A stretch of 61,701 nt of DNA, from the NCBI GenBank assembly GCA_035517575.1, contig DATIYO010000012.1:1-61701 (forward strand), written 5' to 3'. The notes below the pieces were generated by a model. That model was not told where the DNA came from. It saw only the letters and a program-made list of their open reading frames with translations, and made no database searches. Below are positions 37,636 to 46,897 of the stretch, piece after piece; position 1 is the first letter of the stretch, and every line of letters starts with the position of its first letter. Origin of the DNA: Methanomicrobiales archaeon. GTDB lineage: Archaea > Halobacteriota > Methanomicrobia > Methanomicrobiales > JACTUA01. The position numbers and the translations under genes were made by a program.

Positions 37636-38450
37636 CCCCCGAAGCGCCCCCGCCCGACGCCGGCCGGCCGCTCGTGAGCGCGGTCCTCCCCGTCTACAAC
37701 GGCGAGAGGTACCTCGCGCAGACCCTGGAGAGCCTCCTCGGGCAGACCTACCCGGCCCTCGAGGTGGTCGCGGTCGACGACGGTTCGACGGACGGGAGCG
37801 CCGCCATCCTGGACGGGTGGCGGGAGCGGTTCGGCGGAAGGCTCCTCGTCCTCCATGTCCCGAACGGGGGCGTCAGCAGGGCGAGGAACCTGGGGGTGGA
37901 GCGGGCGAAGGGGGCCTGGGTCGCCTTCATCGACCAGGACGATCTCTGGCTCCCCGACAAGGTCTCCCGCCAGGTGGAGGCCCTCACCGGCTCGGGTTCG
38001 CGCATCAGCTTCACGAACACGGCCCTCATCGACGGCGAGGGACGGGTCCGCTCCCCCCGGGTGAGGCGGTTCCCGAAGGGGGACGGGGTCGACTGGTTCG
38101 AGAAGGTCCTCTTCGACCCGCTCGTCGCGATCTCCTCGGTGATGGTAGAGCGGGCCCTCTTCCTCGAGATCGGGGGGTTCTCCCCGGACCTGCGCATCTC
38201 CGAGGACTATGACCTGCTCCTCCGGATCCTCTGGAAGGAGAAACCGGCGGTGGTGGACGAGCCCCTCCTCCAGTACCGGGTCCACAAGGGGAGCAACACC
38301 TTCCTCACCCCCGACTCGCTCCTCAGGGAGGGGGTCATGATCATCGGGCGGTGGAAGGCCGCCCACCCGGAGATCTTCCGGCGGAACCGGCTGAAGTACT
38401 CGGTCTTCCGGTGCAGGGTCGCGTTCATGCGGATCAAGTCCATCTTTTAG
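37632..38450 (+). CDS. Glycosyltransferase family 2
   Basis: Motifs are VSAVLPVYNGERYL, VVAVDDGSTDGS and AFIDQDDLW. The ATGA overlaps the aminotransferase stop. Confidence 0.85.
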   Translation: MTPEAPPPDAGRPLVSAVLPVYNGERYLAQTLESLLGQTYPALEVVAVDDGSTDGSAAILDGWRERFGGRLLVLHVPNGGVSRARNLGVERAKGAWVAFIDQDDLWLPDKVSRQVEALTGSGSRISFTNTALIDGEGRVRSPRVRRFPKGDGVDWFEKVLFDPLVAISSVMVERALFLEIGGFSPDLRISEDYDLLLRILWKEKPAVVDEPLLQYRVHKGSNTFLTPDSLLREGVMIIGRWKAAHPEIFRRNRLKYSVFRCRVAFMRIKSIF

Positions 38451-38511
38451 CCGTCTTCCCGCTGGCGCCCGTGGGAACTATTTAAGGAGGGCGCGAAAGA
38501 GATCATACTGG

Positions 38512-39573
38512 ATGAAGGGCCTGATCCTCTCGGGGGGGCACGGGACACGCCTGCGTCCCCTCACCTATTCCCAGCAGAAGCAGCTCATCCCGGTCGCGAA
38601 CAAGCCCATCCTCTTCTACGGGATAGAGGACCTCATCGGCGCGGGGATCCGCGAGATCGGCATCATCGTCGGCCCGAACCGCGAGCAGGTGAAGGAGGCG
38701 GTGAACGCCGTCCCCTGGGACGCCCGGATCGAGTTCATCGAGCAGGACGCCCCGAGGGGGCTCGCCCATGCCGTGAAGATCGCGAAGCCCTTCCTCGGCG
38801 ATGACCCGTTCATCATGTACCTCGGGGACAACCTCCTCAGGGACGGGAGCGCCGACTTCATCCGCGACTTCGCCCGCTCGGGCGCGGACGCGAGCCTCCT
38901 CCTCACCGAGGTGAAGGACCCCACCCAGTACGGGGTCGCCCTCGTGGACGAGCAGAAGAAGGTCATCATCCGGCTCGTGGAGAAGCCGAAGGTGCCGCCG
39001 AGTAACCTCTCCATCGTCGGGATCTACGGCCTGACCCCCGCCATCTTCGAGGCCATCGACCACATCGAGCCGTCCTGGCGGGGCGAGCTCGAGATCACGG
39101 ACGCCCTCCACTGGCTCATCCAGAACGGGTACGAGGTGCGGTACCGCATGGTGAGCGGCTGGTGGAAGGACACGGGGAAGACCGAGGACATCCTGGAGGC
39201 GAACCGGCTCATCCTCGACATGGTGGAGCCGGCGGTCTCGGGCACCGTCGAGGGCTCCACCATCGAGGGGAGGGTCTCCGTCGGCAGGAACACGGCGGTG
39301 AAGGAGGGCTCGGTCATCCGGGGCCCGGTCATCATCGGGGACGACTGCACCATCTCGGGGAGCACCATCGGCCCGTACACGAGCATCGGCAACCGGGCGA
39401 CCGTCGTGAACACCGGCATCGAGGACTCCATCGTCATGGAGGGGACGCAGATCGTGAACGGGGAGCGGATCGCGAGGAGCCTGATCGGGAGGGACGTGAG
39501 GATCGGGAGGGACGGCGAGGCCTCCCCCGCCCGCCAGTACGTGCTCGGCGACAGCTCGGAGGTGAGACTGTGA
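38512..39573 (+). CDS. rmlA: Glucose-1-phosphate thymidylyltransferase (long archaeal form with a left-handed beta-helix C-terminal domain)
   Basis: MKGLILSGGHGTRLRPLTYSQQKQLIPVANKPIL is present. The C-terminal hexapeptide repeats read VSGTVEGSTIEGRVSVGRNTAVKEGSVIRGPVIIGDDC. Confidence 0.8.
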   Translation: MKGLILSGGHGTRLRPLTYSQQKQLIPVANKPILFYGIEDLIGAGIREIGIIVGPNREQVKEAVNAVPWDARIEFIEQDAPRGLAHAVKIAKPFLGDDPFIMYLGDNLLRDGSADFIRDFARSGADASLLLTEVKDPTQYGVALVDEQKKVIIRLVEKPKVPPSNLSIVGIYGLTPAIFEAIDHIEPSWRGELEITDALHWLIQNGYEVRYRMVSGWWKDTGKTEDILEANRLILDMVEPAVSGTVEGSTIEGRVSVGRNTAVKEGSVIRGPVIIGDDCTISGSTIGPYTSIGNRATVVNTGIEDSIVMEGTQIVNGERIARSLIGRDVRIGRDGEASPARQYVLGDSSEVRL

Positions 39574-40037
39574 TCGCGGGGGTCGCGACGAAGGCCCTGA
39601 AGGCCATCTGCGACGAGCGCGGGAGGCTCATGGAGATCCTCAGGGCAGACGACCCGATGTTCGCGGGGTTCGGGCAGGTCTACCTCACCACGACGTACCC
39701 CGGGGTGGTGAAGGCCTGGCACCTCCACCGGCGCCAGACGGACGTGGTCTGCTGCATAAAGGGCGAGATCCAGCTCGTCCTCCACGACCCCCGCGACGGC
39801 TCGCCGACCCGGGGCGAGGTGGACGAGTACCGCCTCGGGGAGGGCAACCCCCTCCTCGTCTCCATCCCGCCGGGCGTGCACCATGGCTGGAAGTGCGTCT
39901 CGCCCGGGGAGGCCTTCGTGATCAACATCCCCGACAAGCCCTACCGGCGCGAACAGCCCGACGAATACCGGCTCCCCCCCGACTCGGGGGAGGTCCCGTA
40001 CCGGTGGGTCCTCACCCCCGGCCTCAGGCACGGGTGA
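39570..40037 (+). CDS. rmlC: dTDP-4-dehydrorhamnose 3,5-epimerase-like cupin
   Basis: The tail of track ORF 39162..40037 starts at GTG 39570 (GTGA overlap with the rmlA stop). The sequence reads DERGRLMEIL...GQVYLTTTYPGVVKAWHLHRRQTD...IPPGVHHGW. Confidence 0.7.
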   Translation: MIAGVATKALKAICDERGRLMEILRADDPMFAGFGQVYLTTTYPGVVKAWHLHRRQTDVVCCIKGEIQLVLHDPRDGSPTRGEVDEYRLGEGNPLLVSIPPGVHHGWKCVSPGEAFVINIPDKPYRREQPDEYRLPPDSGEVPYRWVLTPGLRHG

Positions 40038-40040
40038 CCC

Positions 40041-40985
40041 ATGCGCATCCTCGTCACCGGCGGGGCCGGTTTCATCGGGAGCAACTTCGTCCGCTACCTG
40101 CTCGCGCACCACCCCCGCGACGAGGTGGTGGTCCTCGACAAGCTCACCTACGCGGGCCGGCTCGAGAACCTCGAGGGCACGATGGACCGTATCACCTTCC
40201 TCGCGGGGGACATCACCGAGCCCCGCCATGTCGAGCGGGTCGGGTCCTGCGACGCCATCGTGAACTTCGCGGCCGAGACCCATGTCGACCGGTCCATCGC
40301 CGACGCGGGCGTCTTTGTCAAGACCGACGTGATCGGGACCTTCGTCCTCCTCGAGTACGCGAGGAGGGAGGGGGTCGGGTCCTACCTCCAGGTGAGCACC
40401 GATGAAGTGTACGGGAGCCGGAAGACCGGATCCTTCACCGAGGCCGATCCCGCCGACCCCTCCTCGCCCTACTCGGCGAGCAAGGCGGGCGCCGACCACC
40501 TCGCCCTCGCCTACTTCAAGACCTACGGCCTCCCGGTCCGGATAACCCGCTCGTCCAACAACTACGGCCCGTACCAGTACCCCGAGAAGCTCATCCCCGT
40601 CATCGTCATCAGGGCCCTCCGGGGCGAACCCCTCCCCATCTACGGGAAGGGTGAGAATATCCGGGACTGGCTCTACGTCGAGGACAACTGCTCCGGCATC
40701 GACACCGTGCTGCGGAAGGGGCGGGCCGGCCAGGTGTACAACATCGCGTCGGGTGAGGAGCACCGGAACATCGACGTTGCACGCCTGGTCCTCTCCCTGA
40801 CGGGGAGGCCCGAGAGCCTCATCAGCTTCGTCGCGGACCGGCCGGGGCACGACCTCCGGTACTCCATCACCACGGCGAAGGTCCGGAAGCTCGGCTGGCG
40901 GCCTGCCCGCTCCTTCGAAAAAGGCATGGAGGACACCGTGGCCTGGTACCGCGCGAACGAGGCCTGGTGGGGGCCGCTCGTGTGA
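40041..40985 (+). CDS. rmlB: dTDP-glucose 4,6-dehydratase
   Basis: Motifs are MRILVTGGAGFIGSNFVRY, FAAETHVDRS, STDEVYG, YSASKAGADHL and SNNYGPYQYPEKLIP. Confidence 0.9.
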   Translation: MRILVTGGAGFIGSNFVRYLLAHHPRDEVVVLDKLTYAGRLENLEGTMDRITFLAGDITEPRHVERVGSCDAIVNFAAETHVDRSIADAGVFVKTDVIGTFVLLEYARREGVGSYLQVSTDEVYGSRKTGSFTEADPADPSSPYSASKAGADHLALAYFKTYGLPVRITRSSNNYGPYQYPEKLIPVIVIRALRGEPLPIYGKGENIRDWLYVEDNCSGIDTVLRKGRAGQVYNIASGEEHRNIDVARLVLSLTGRPESLISFVADRPGHDLRYSITTAKVRKLGWRPARSFEKGMEDTVAWYRANEAWWGPLV

Positions 40986-41052
40986 GGCGCGGGAGCCTTC
41001 CCGGCTGAAAACGATATAACGTCCACGGGCGAACACTGGTACAAGGTTCCAC

Positions 41053-42171
41053 ATGAATATCCCCGCGGCGAAGATCTACTTTCCACCGGAGGACCGGCGG
41101 GATCTTGCACAGCAGATCGAGGGAATCCTCGCGAGCGGCCAGCTCACCCTCGGGAAGTACGGGAAGGAGTTCGAGGAGCGCTTCGCGGAGTTCACCGGCA
41201 CGGCCCATGCCGTCTGCGTGAACAGCGGGACCTCGGCCCTCGAGATCATCCTCCGCTCCCTCGGGGTGAAGGACGCGACGGTCATCGTCCCGACGAACAC
41301 CTTCTTTGCCACTCCCGCCTCGGTCATCCACGCGGGCGGACGGGTCAGGTTCGTGGACGCGAGCCCGAACCTCGACATGGACCCCGCGGCCGTGGACCGG
41401 GCCATCGACCGGACCACGAAGGGGGTCATCCTGGTCCACATCGGCGGGGCCGTCGCCCCCCAGGTGCGGGAGATCCGCGAGATCTGCGGGGACCGCGGCC
41501 TCTTCCTCGTCGAGGACGCCGCCCACGCCCACGGGAGCACCCTCGGGGGGAGGAAGGCGGGGTCCTTCGGCGTCGCGGGGGCCTTCTCCTTCTACCCCAC
41601 GAAGGTGATGACGAGCGGCGAGGGGGGCATGATCACGACCGACGATAAGAAGCTCTATGACCAGGCGCTCGTCCTGAGGGACCAGGGGAAGGCGGGCTTC
41701 CTCGGCAACATCCACACCGGCATGGGCTACAACTGGCGGATGAGCGAGATCCATGCCGCCATCGGCCTCTCCCAGTTCAGGAGGCTCGGGGAGTTCATCG
41801 CGGCACGGCGGCGGATCGCCGCCATTTACGACAGGGAGCTCGCGGGCATCCCGGACATCACCCCCATCCCCGTCGACCCCTCGGGGGAGTCCAACTACTA
41901 CAAGTACTGTGCGCTCCTCGCGGACGGGAAGGACCGGGCGGCGGTGAAGAAGGAGCTCAGGGAGAAGCACGGCGTGAGCCTGTCGGGGGAGGTGTACGAA
42001 CTCCCCTGCCACCTCCAGCCCGTCTTCAAGGAGGGCGGGGGCCCGGGCGAGGGGCAGTTCCCCGTGGCAGAGGACCTCTGCCGGAGGCATGTCTGCCTCC
42101 CCGTGTACGCGACCATGAAGGATGAGGAGGCAAGGTACGTGACAGACGCGTTGAGGAAGGTGCTCGCATGA
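41053..42171 (+). CDS. DegT/DnrJ/EryC1/StrS-family PLP sugar aminotransferase (copy 2)
   Basis: Motifs are GTSALEI, VEDAAHAHGS and FSFYPTKVMTSGEGG. It is clearly paralogous to copy 3 (46881..47987), and both share CHLQP near the C-terminus. Confidence 0.85.
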   Translation: MNIPAAKIYFPPEDRRDLAQQIEGILASGQLTLGKYGKEFEERFAEFTGTAHAVCVNSGTSALEIILRSLGVKDATVIVPTNTFFATPASVIHAGGRVRFVDASPNLDMDPAAVDRAIDRTTKGVILVHIGGAVAPQVREIREICGDRGLFLVEDAAHAHGSTLGGRKAGSFGVAGAFSFYPTKVMTSGEGGMITTDDKKLYDQALVLRDQGKAGFLGNIHTGMGYNWRMSEIHAAIGLSQFRRLGEFIAARRRIAAIYDRELAGIPDITPIPVDPSGESNYYKYCALLADGKDRAAVKKELREKHGVSLSGEVYELPCHLQPVFKEGGGPGEGQFPVAEDLCRRHVCLPVYATMKDEEARYVTDALRKVLA

Positions 42172-43070
42172 CGATCCTCGTCACCGGCGGCTCGGGGTTC
42201 ATCGGGTCCCACATCATCGACCAGCTCCTCGCGAAGGGCGAGGACGTGGTCATCTTCGACTTCGTGCAGCCCAGGTACTGGAAGTCGGTCAAGCACTTCT
42301 ACGGGAGCATCCTGAACCTGGACGAGCTCGAGCGGGCGATGCAGGGCGTGGACGTCGTCTACCACCTCGCGGCCATCGCCGACGTGAAGGACGTCTTCGA
42401 GCACCCGCACTACTCCGAGCGGGTGAACACCTCGGGCACCCTGAACGTCCTCGAGGCGGCGAGGAAGATGGGGGTCGGGCGGGTCATCTACGGGAGCACG
42501 GACTGGGTCTACCAGACCACCGACTCCGAGTCCGTGGACGAGACGACGCCGATCAGGACGCCCGCCCACCTCTACTCGTCGACCAAGCTCGCCTCGGAGT
42601 TCTACTGCCAGAACTACGGGGACCTCTACGGCGTGAAGTACACCATCCTCCGGTACGGCATCCCCTACGGCCCGAGGGCGAGGCCGGGGGCCATCGTCCC
42701 GATCTTCGTCGATAAGGCCCTGAAGGGCGAGGAACTCACCATCGCGGGCGACGGCGGCCAGTTCCGGCAGTTCATCTACGTCGAGGACCTCGCCGCGGGG
42801 AACGTGGCCGCCCTCCAGAAGGTCGCCGAGAACAAGATCTACAACCTCGACGGCCAGCGGCCCGTCACGGTGAAGGAGGTGGCCGAGGCGGTGATGAAGA
42901 TCATCGGGAAGGTCGGCATCAGGTACGTCCCCTCGAGGCCGGGGGACTTCCGGGGCAGGAAGGTCTCCTCCGAGAAGGCGAAGAAGGAGCTCGGCTGGGA
43001 GGCCACGACGCCCCTCGAGGAAGGGATCAGGAAGTACCTGGCATGGCTGAAGGCGACCGGCCAGGCCTGA
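42168..43070 (+). CDS. NAD-dependent epimerase/dehydratase (UDP-hexose 4-epimerase-like)
   Basis: Motifs are MTILVTGGSGFIGSH, YSSTKLASE and RYGIPYGPR. The ATGA overlaps the upstream stop. Confidence 0.8.
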   Translation: MTILVTGGSGFIGSHIIDQLLAKGEDVVIFDFVQPRYWKSVKHFYGSILNLDELERAMQGVDVVYHLAAIADVKDVFEHPHYSERVNTSGTLNVLEAARKMGVGRVIYGSTDWVYQTTDSESVDETTPIRTPAHLYSSTKLASEFYCQNYGDLYGVKYTILRYGIPYGPRARPGAIVPIFVDKALKGEELTIAGDGGQFRQFIYVEDLAAGNVAALQKVAENKIYNLDGQRPVTVKEVAEAVMKIIGKVGIRYVPSRPGDFRGRKVSSEKAKKELGWEATTPLEEGIRKYLAWLKATGQA

Positions 43071-43169
43071 TGAGCCGGATGCAGGACCGGGCACGGCCAC
43101 GCACGGCGGCGGGGGCCACGGGGAACGGCCCCGCTCCCCGCGGGCTCCCGGCAGGGGGATGAACCGGGG

Positions 43170-44261
43170 ATGAACACCCTTTTTCCGTCGATATCCTCGA
43201 ACCGCGAGCGGGACTATAACCGGGTCACCGGCCGGCTCGGGGCCATGGCGTACGAGCTGAAGCGGGGGAACCTGGTCCCCCACCTCGTGGACCGGATCAA
43301 GTGGAACCTCGCGCCGCGGCTCCACCACGTCGTCGGGTTTCCCACCCACGCCGACATCGAGACCGCGGTGAGCTGCCAGATGAGCTGCCCGATGTGCAGG
43401 CGCCGGCAGATGCCCGCGGACCTCCTCCAGGGGCTCATGGACTTCGGCCTCTTCAGGAAGATCATCGACGAGTGCGCGGAGAGGGGCCTCTACTCGGTGA
43501 AGCTCTCCTGGAGGGGGGAACCCCTCCTCAACCCCGACATCGCCGCCATGGTCCGGTACGCGAAGGAGAAGGGCATCCGGGACGTGGCGTTCCTCACGAA
43601 CGGCGAGCGGCTCACCAGGGAGATCTCCGCGGCGCTCGTCGACGCGGGCCTGGACTGGATCAGCATCTCCGTTGACGGCACGGGGGCGACCTACGAACGG
43701 ATCCGGTCCCCGTCGACCTACAAGGGGATCGTGGAGAAGGTCACGGCCCTGAAGGAGATCCGGGACGAGCGGGGCCGGACAAAACCCCTCATCCGGGTCC
43801 AGACCATCTACGGCGCTATCCGGGACAACCCGTCCGAGTACTTCGGCTTCTGGGAGAAGGTCGCGGACAAGGTGTACATCATCGCCGACCAGGGGCGGGC
43901 GACCGCGGCGAAGTTCCCCCGGGACCGGAACTACGCCTGCCTGGAGCCGTGGCGGAGGATCGTCATCGGCTGGAACGGCCTCGTGCCGCAGTGCATCTGC
44001 GACTACGACGACAGGAACCCGCTCGGCGACGTGAACCGCGAGAGCATCCATGCCATCTGGCATGGGAAGAGATTCAACGAGCTGCGTGCATCCCTCCTCA
44101 GGGGCGATCTCTTCATGAACCAGGTCTGCTGCGACTGCCACGATACGGGAGTCATGTACGAGAAGAAGATACACATCGGGGATCGGGAGATGACCATCGG
44201 GCTGTACCAGGGGCAGGAGCTCGACCTCGCCACCCTCGGGAAGCAGGAGCCCTCGCCATGA
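43170..44261 (+). CDS. Radical SAM protein with a SPASM/twitch-like C-terminal domain (paralogue of 27811..28788)
   Basis: The CX3CX2C motif CQMSCPMC lies at nt 43374-43397. WRGEPLLNPDIAAMVRYAKEKG follows, then the auxiliary motif CLEPWRRIVIGWNGLVPQC (Cx12Gx4C) and CCDC. Confidence 0.85.
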   Translation: MNTLFPSISSNRERDYNRVTGRLGAMAYELKRGNLVPHLVDRIKWNLAPRLHHVVGFPTHADIETAVSCQMSCPMCRRRQMPADLLQGLMDFGLFRKIIDECAERGLYSVKLSWRGEPLLNPDIAAMVRYAKEKGIRDVAFLTNGERLTREISAALVDAGLDWISISVDGTGATYERIRSPSTYKGIVEKVTALKEIRDERGRTKPLIRVQTIYGAIRDNPSEYFGFWEKVADKVYIIADQGRATAAKFPRDRNYACLEPWRRIVIGWNGLVPQCICDYDDRNPLGDVNRESIHAIWHGKRFNELRASLLRGDLFMNQVCCDCHDTGVMYEKKIHIGDREMTIGLYQGQELDLATLGKQEPSP

Positions 44262-44923
44262 AGGTGCTCGTCATCGCCCCCCACATGGACGACGAGGTGC
44301 TCGGGGCCGGGGGCACGATTGCCCGCCACGTGGCTGACGGCGACGACGTCACCGTCTGCATCGTCGCGCACCGGGTCTACGGGCACCGGTTCGACGAGAA
44401 GAAGAACCGGGTCGAGGTCGCGTGCGCGAACTCGGCGAGGAAGGTGCTCGGCTACCGGAAGACGACGTTCCTCGACCTTCCCGATGAACGGCTCGACGGG
44501 TGCCTCCAGGAGGTCCTGATCGGGCTCGAGAAGCAGCTGGAGAAAACCGGCCCGGAGGTCGTCTATGTCCCCCACCGGGGCGACATCAACCAGGACCACC
44601 GCGCCGTCTTCCAGGCGGCGATGATCGCCCTCCGGCCCCACGCGAGCCCGGGGGTCCGCCGGGTCCTCTCGTACGAGGTCCCCTCCTCGACCGACCAGGC
44701 ACCCCCGTTCCCCGAGTATGCCTTCCTCCCGAACTGCTACGTGAACATCGCGGACTTCCTGGAGAAGAAGCTCGAGGCCTTCCGCTGCTACCGGACCGAG
44801 GCGCGCCCCTTCCCCCATCCCAGGTCCGACGAGGGGCTCGCCACCGTGGCGAGGAAGCGGGGCACGGAGTCGGGGTTCCCCGCCGCCGAGGCCTTCGTCA
44901 TCGTGAGGGACCACCGGGCCTGA
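44258..44923 (+). CDS. PIG-L/LmbE-family N-deacetylase
   Basis: The tail of track ORF 43949..44923 starts at ATG 44258 (ATGA overlap). Motifs are MKVLVIAPHMDDEVLGAGGTI and HRGDINQDH. Confidence 0.8.
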   Translation: MKVLVIAPHMDDEVLGAGGTIARHVADGDDVTVCIVAHRVYGHRFDEKKNRVEVACANSARKVLGYRKTTFLDLPDERLDGCLQEVLIGLEKQLEKTGPEVVYVPHRGDINQDHRAVFQAAMIALRPHASPGVRRVLSYEVPSSTDQAPPFPEYAFLPNCYVNIADFLEKKLEAFRCYRTEARPFPHPRSDEGLATVARKRGTESGFPAAEAFVIVRDHRA

Positions 44924-44927
44924 TCCC

Positions 44928-45989
44928 ATGATCACCACCTGCTTCCGGGCCGATGCCTCCGTCGGGGTCGGGACCGGGCACCTCATGGAGTGCCTGACCC
45001 TCGCGGAGTCCTTCGGCCGGACCCTCTCCTCGGGCTCCCTCTTCCTCGTGAACGGGTTCGGGCCGGCCACGAGAGCCATCGGGGAGAAGGGGTACCCGTG
45101 CCGGATCGTGCCCGCGGGGATGTCCCAGGGAGAGGAAGCGGCGTGGGTCACGGAGACCGCGGGGGAGGCGGGGGCGAGGCTCATCGTCTGCAGCCTGCTC
45201 GGGCGGGACGATTCCTTCTACCGTGCCCTCAGGAGAAAAGGGGCCACCGTCCTCGCCATCCTCGACGATGCCGGCCCCACGCCGGTCCCCGCTGACCTCA
45301 TGGTGAACTTCAGCGTCCTCCAGGACGAGTCCCTCTACCGCCGGTACGGGGGCTCGGGCACCCGGTTCCTCCTCGGGCCGCGGTTCATGCCCATGGGGGA
45401 GGAGTTCCACGGCTACTGGTCCCGCCGCCGGCCGGTCCCCGAGGTCGCGGGGACGATCTTCGTGAACCAGGGCGGGAGCGACCCCTTTGGCCTCACCGCG
45501 AAGATCCTCCGCGCCCTCGAGCTCCTCGACCTCCCCCAGGAGATCGTGGTCGTCGTCGGGAGCGCCGTCACGGACGCCCACCGGCGGGAACTGAAGGCCA
45601 TCGGGAAGGAGTCGGGGAACACGTACTCGTTCGCCTGGGGGGTCACCCCGCGGGAGATGGGGGAGATCATGGACCGGTCAGACCTCGCCGTCACGGCCGC
45701 GGGGAACACCCTCTACGAGCTCGCCATCTTCGGGGTCCCCTCGATCATCGTCTCCCACCACGAGCGCCACCTCGCGGTCGCGGAGCGGTTCGCGGCGCTG
45801 GGGGCCGGCGTGAACCTGGGCATCGGCCCCACCCTGCCCGGGGCGGAGATCGCCCGGGCGGTCGGGAGGCTGCTCGGGTCGAGGGAGGAGCGGCAGGCCC
45901 TCTCGGACCGGATGAAGGGGATCGGGGACGGGCTCGGCTGCCAGAGGATCGCGGAGGCGGTGAAGTCGCTATGGCAAGGATCTTCCTGA
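44928..45989 (+). CDS. pseG: PseG-like UDP-sugar hydrolase (GT28-like fold; SpsG/PseG family)
   Basis: CFRADASVGVGTGHLMECLTLAE is the PseG N-terminal signature. NQGGSDPFGLT and a C-terminal GT-B half are also present. Confidence 0.65.
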   Translation: MITTCFRADASVGVGTGHLMECLTLAESFGRTLSSGSLFLVNGFGPATRAIGEKGYPCRIVPAGMSQGEEAAWVTETAGEAGARLIVCSLLGRDDSFYRALRRKGATVLAILDDAGPTPVPADLMVNFSVLQDESLYRRYGGSGTRFLLGPRFMPMGEEFHGYWSRRRPVPEVAGTIFVNQGGSDPFGLTAKILRALELLDLPQEIVVVVGSAVTDAHRRELKAIGKESGNTYSFAWGVTPREMGEIMDRSDLAVTAAGNTLYELAIFGVPSIIVSHHERHLAVAERFAALGAGVNLGIGPTLPGAEIARAVGRLLGSREERQALSDRMKGIGDGLGCQRIAEAVKSLWQGSS

Positions 45990-46897
45990 CCGGCGGGAGC
46001 GGGTACCTCGGGGGCGCCCTCCTCGGCGCGCTCCCCCGCGGCTGGGAGGTGGTCGCCCTCGGGAGGCGGCCGCCCGCGGGGAAGCTCCCTCCGTCGGTCC
46101 GGTTCGTGGCGGGCGACCTCGTCTCCCCCGACTGGGACCCGTCGGCGGTCGGGGGATGCGACGCGATCCTCCACCTCGCCGCCGTGAAGGGGGCGGACTC
46201 CTGCGCGGACAGTCCCTCCGAGGCCGTCGAGGTGAACGTCCTCGGGACCCACCGGCTCATCCGCGCCGCGCTCGCATACCGCGTCCCGCGGTTCGTCCTC
46301 GCCTCCACGTACTGGGTGTACGGCGGGCGGGCCGAGCCCCCCTTCGGCGAGGAGATGCCGGTCGCCCCCGAGGAGCTGTACGGGCTCACCAAGGCCGTCT
46401 CGGAGCTGGAGCTCGCCGGTTCGGGTCTCGACTACACGATCCTCCGGTTCGCGAACATCTTCGGGCAGGGGGCGGGGACCGGCCGCGAGGAGGTGGTCTT
46501 CCACTTCGTGACGAACGCCCTCAGGGGCGACCCCGTCAGGATCGACGGGGACGGGAGCCAGGAACTGGACTTCATCGATGTCGCGGACGTGGCAGGGGTC
46601 CTCGCGGCCGTGACCATGGACCCGAGGGCGTCCCGCCAGGTCTTCAACATCGGGTCCGGCCGGCCCGTGAGCATCCTCGACCTCGCGAACCGGATCCGGG
46701 CCATCGTCGGGGAGATGCGGGGCGCGGAGGTGCCGGTCGAGCGGCGGGGCCCGCCCGCTCCCCGCAGGGTCCGGCGGTTCGTCTCGATGGAGAAGTTCGG
46801 GAGGGCCTTTCCCGAGGTCCGCCTGACCCCGCTCGACGAATCCCTCAGGAGATACACCGCGATCCGGGAGGCTGAACTGCATGGTACAGGTCGCTAG
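45971..46897 (+). CDS. NAD(P)-dependent SDR epimerase/reductase (RmlD-like features)
   Basis: Motifs are MARIFLTGGSGYLGGAL, ASTYWVYGG and YGLTKAVSE. It overlaps pseG by 19 nt. Confidence 0.7.
   Translation: MARIFLTGGSGYLGGALLGALPRGWEVVALGRRPPAGKLPPSVRFVAGDLVSPDWDPSAVGGCDAILHLAAVKGADSCADSPSEAVEVNVLGTHRLIRAALAYRVPRFVLASTYWVYGGRAEPPFGEEMPVAPEELYGLTKAVSELELAGSGLDYTILRFANIFGQGAGTGREEVVFHFVTNALRGDPVRIDGDGSQELDFIDVADVAGVLAAVTMDPRASRQVFNIGSGRPVSILDLANRIRAIVGEMRGAEVPVERRGPPAPRRVRRFVSMEKFGRAFPEVRLTPLDESLRRYTAIREAELHGTGR

Noticed and set aside
43155-43175. A direct repeat, GGGGATGAAC-c-GGGGATGAAC, just before the radical SAM gene, giving two candidate ATGs.
   Set aside because: The first ATG (43159) hits a stop after 4 codons. 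The second (43170) opens the real frame. The repeat is short and probably incidental.
41898-44174. Very long ORFs in the track: 758 aa here, plus 49745..52036 (763 aa), 39024..41054 (676 aa), 19636..21621 (661 aa), 7473..9170 (565 aa), 11960..13573, 13266..14834, 15013..16554 and others.
   Set aside because: All are antisense to, or out of frame with, genes that carry unmistakable family motifs. Their translations are dominated by Arg, Pro, Gly, Glu and Asp runs with no hydrophobic-core pattern. This is the expected stop-codon-poor artefact of very GC-rich DNA.
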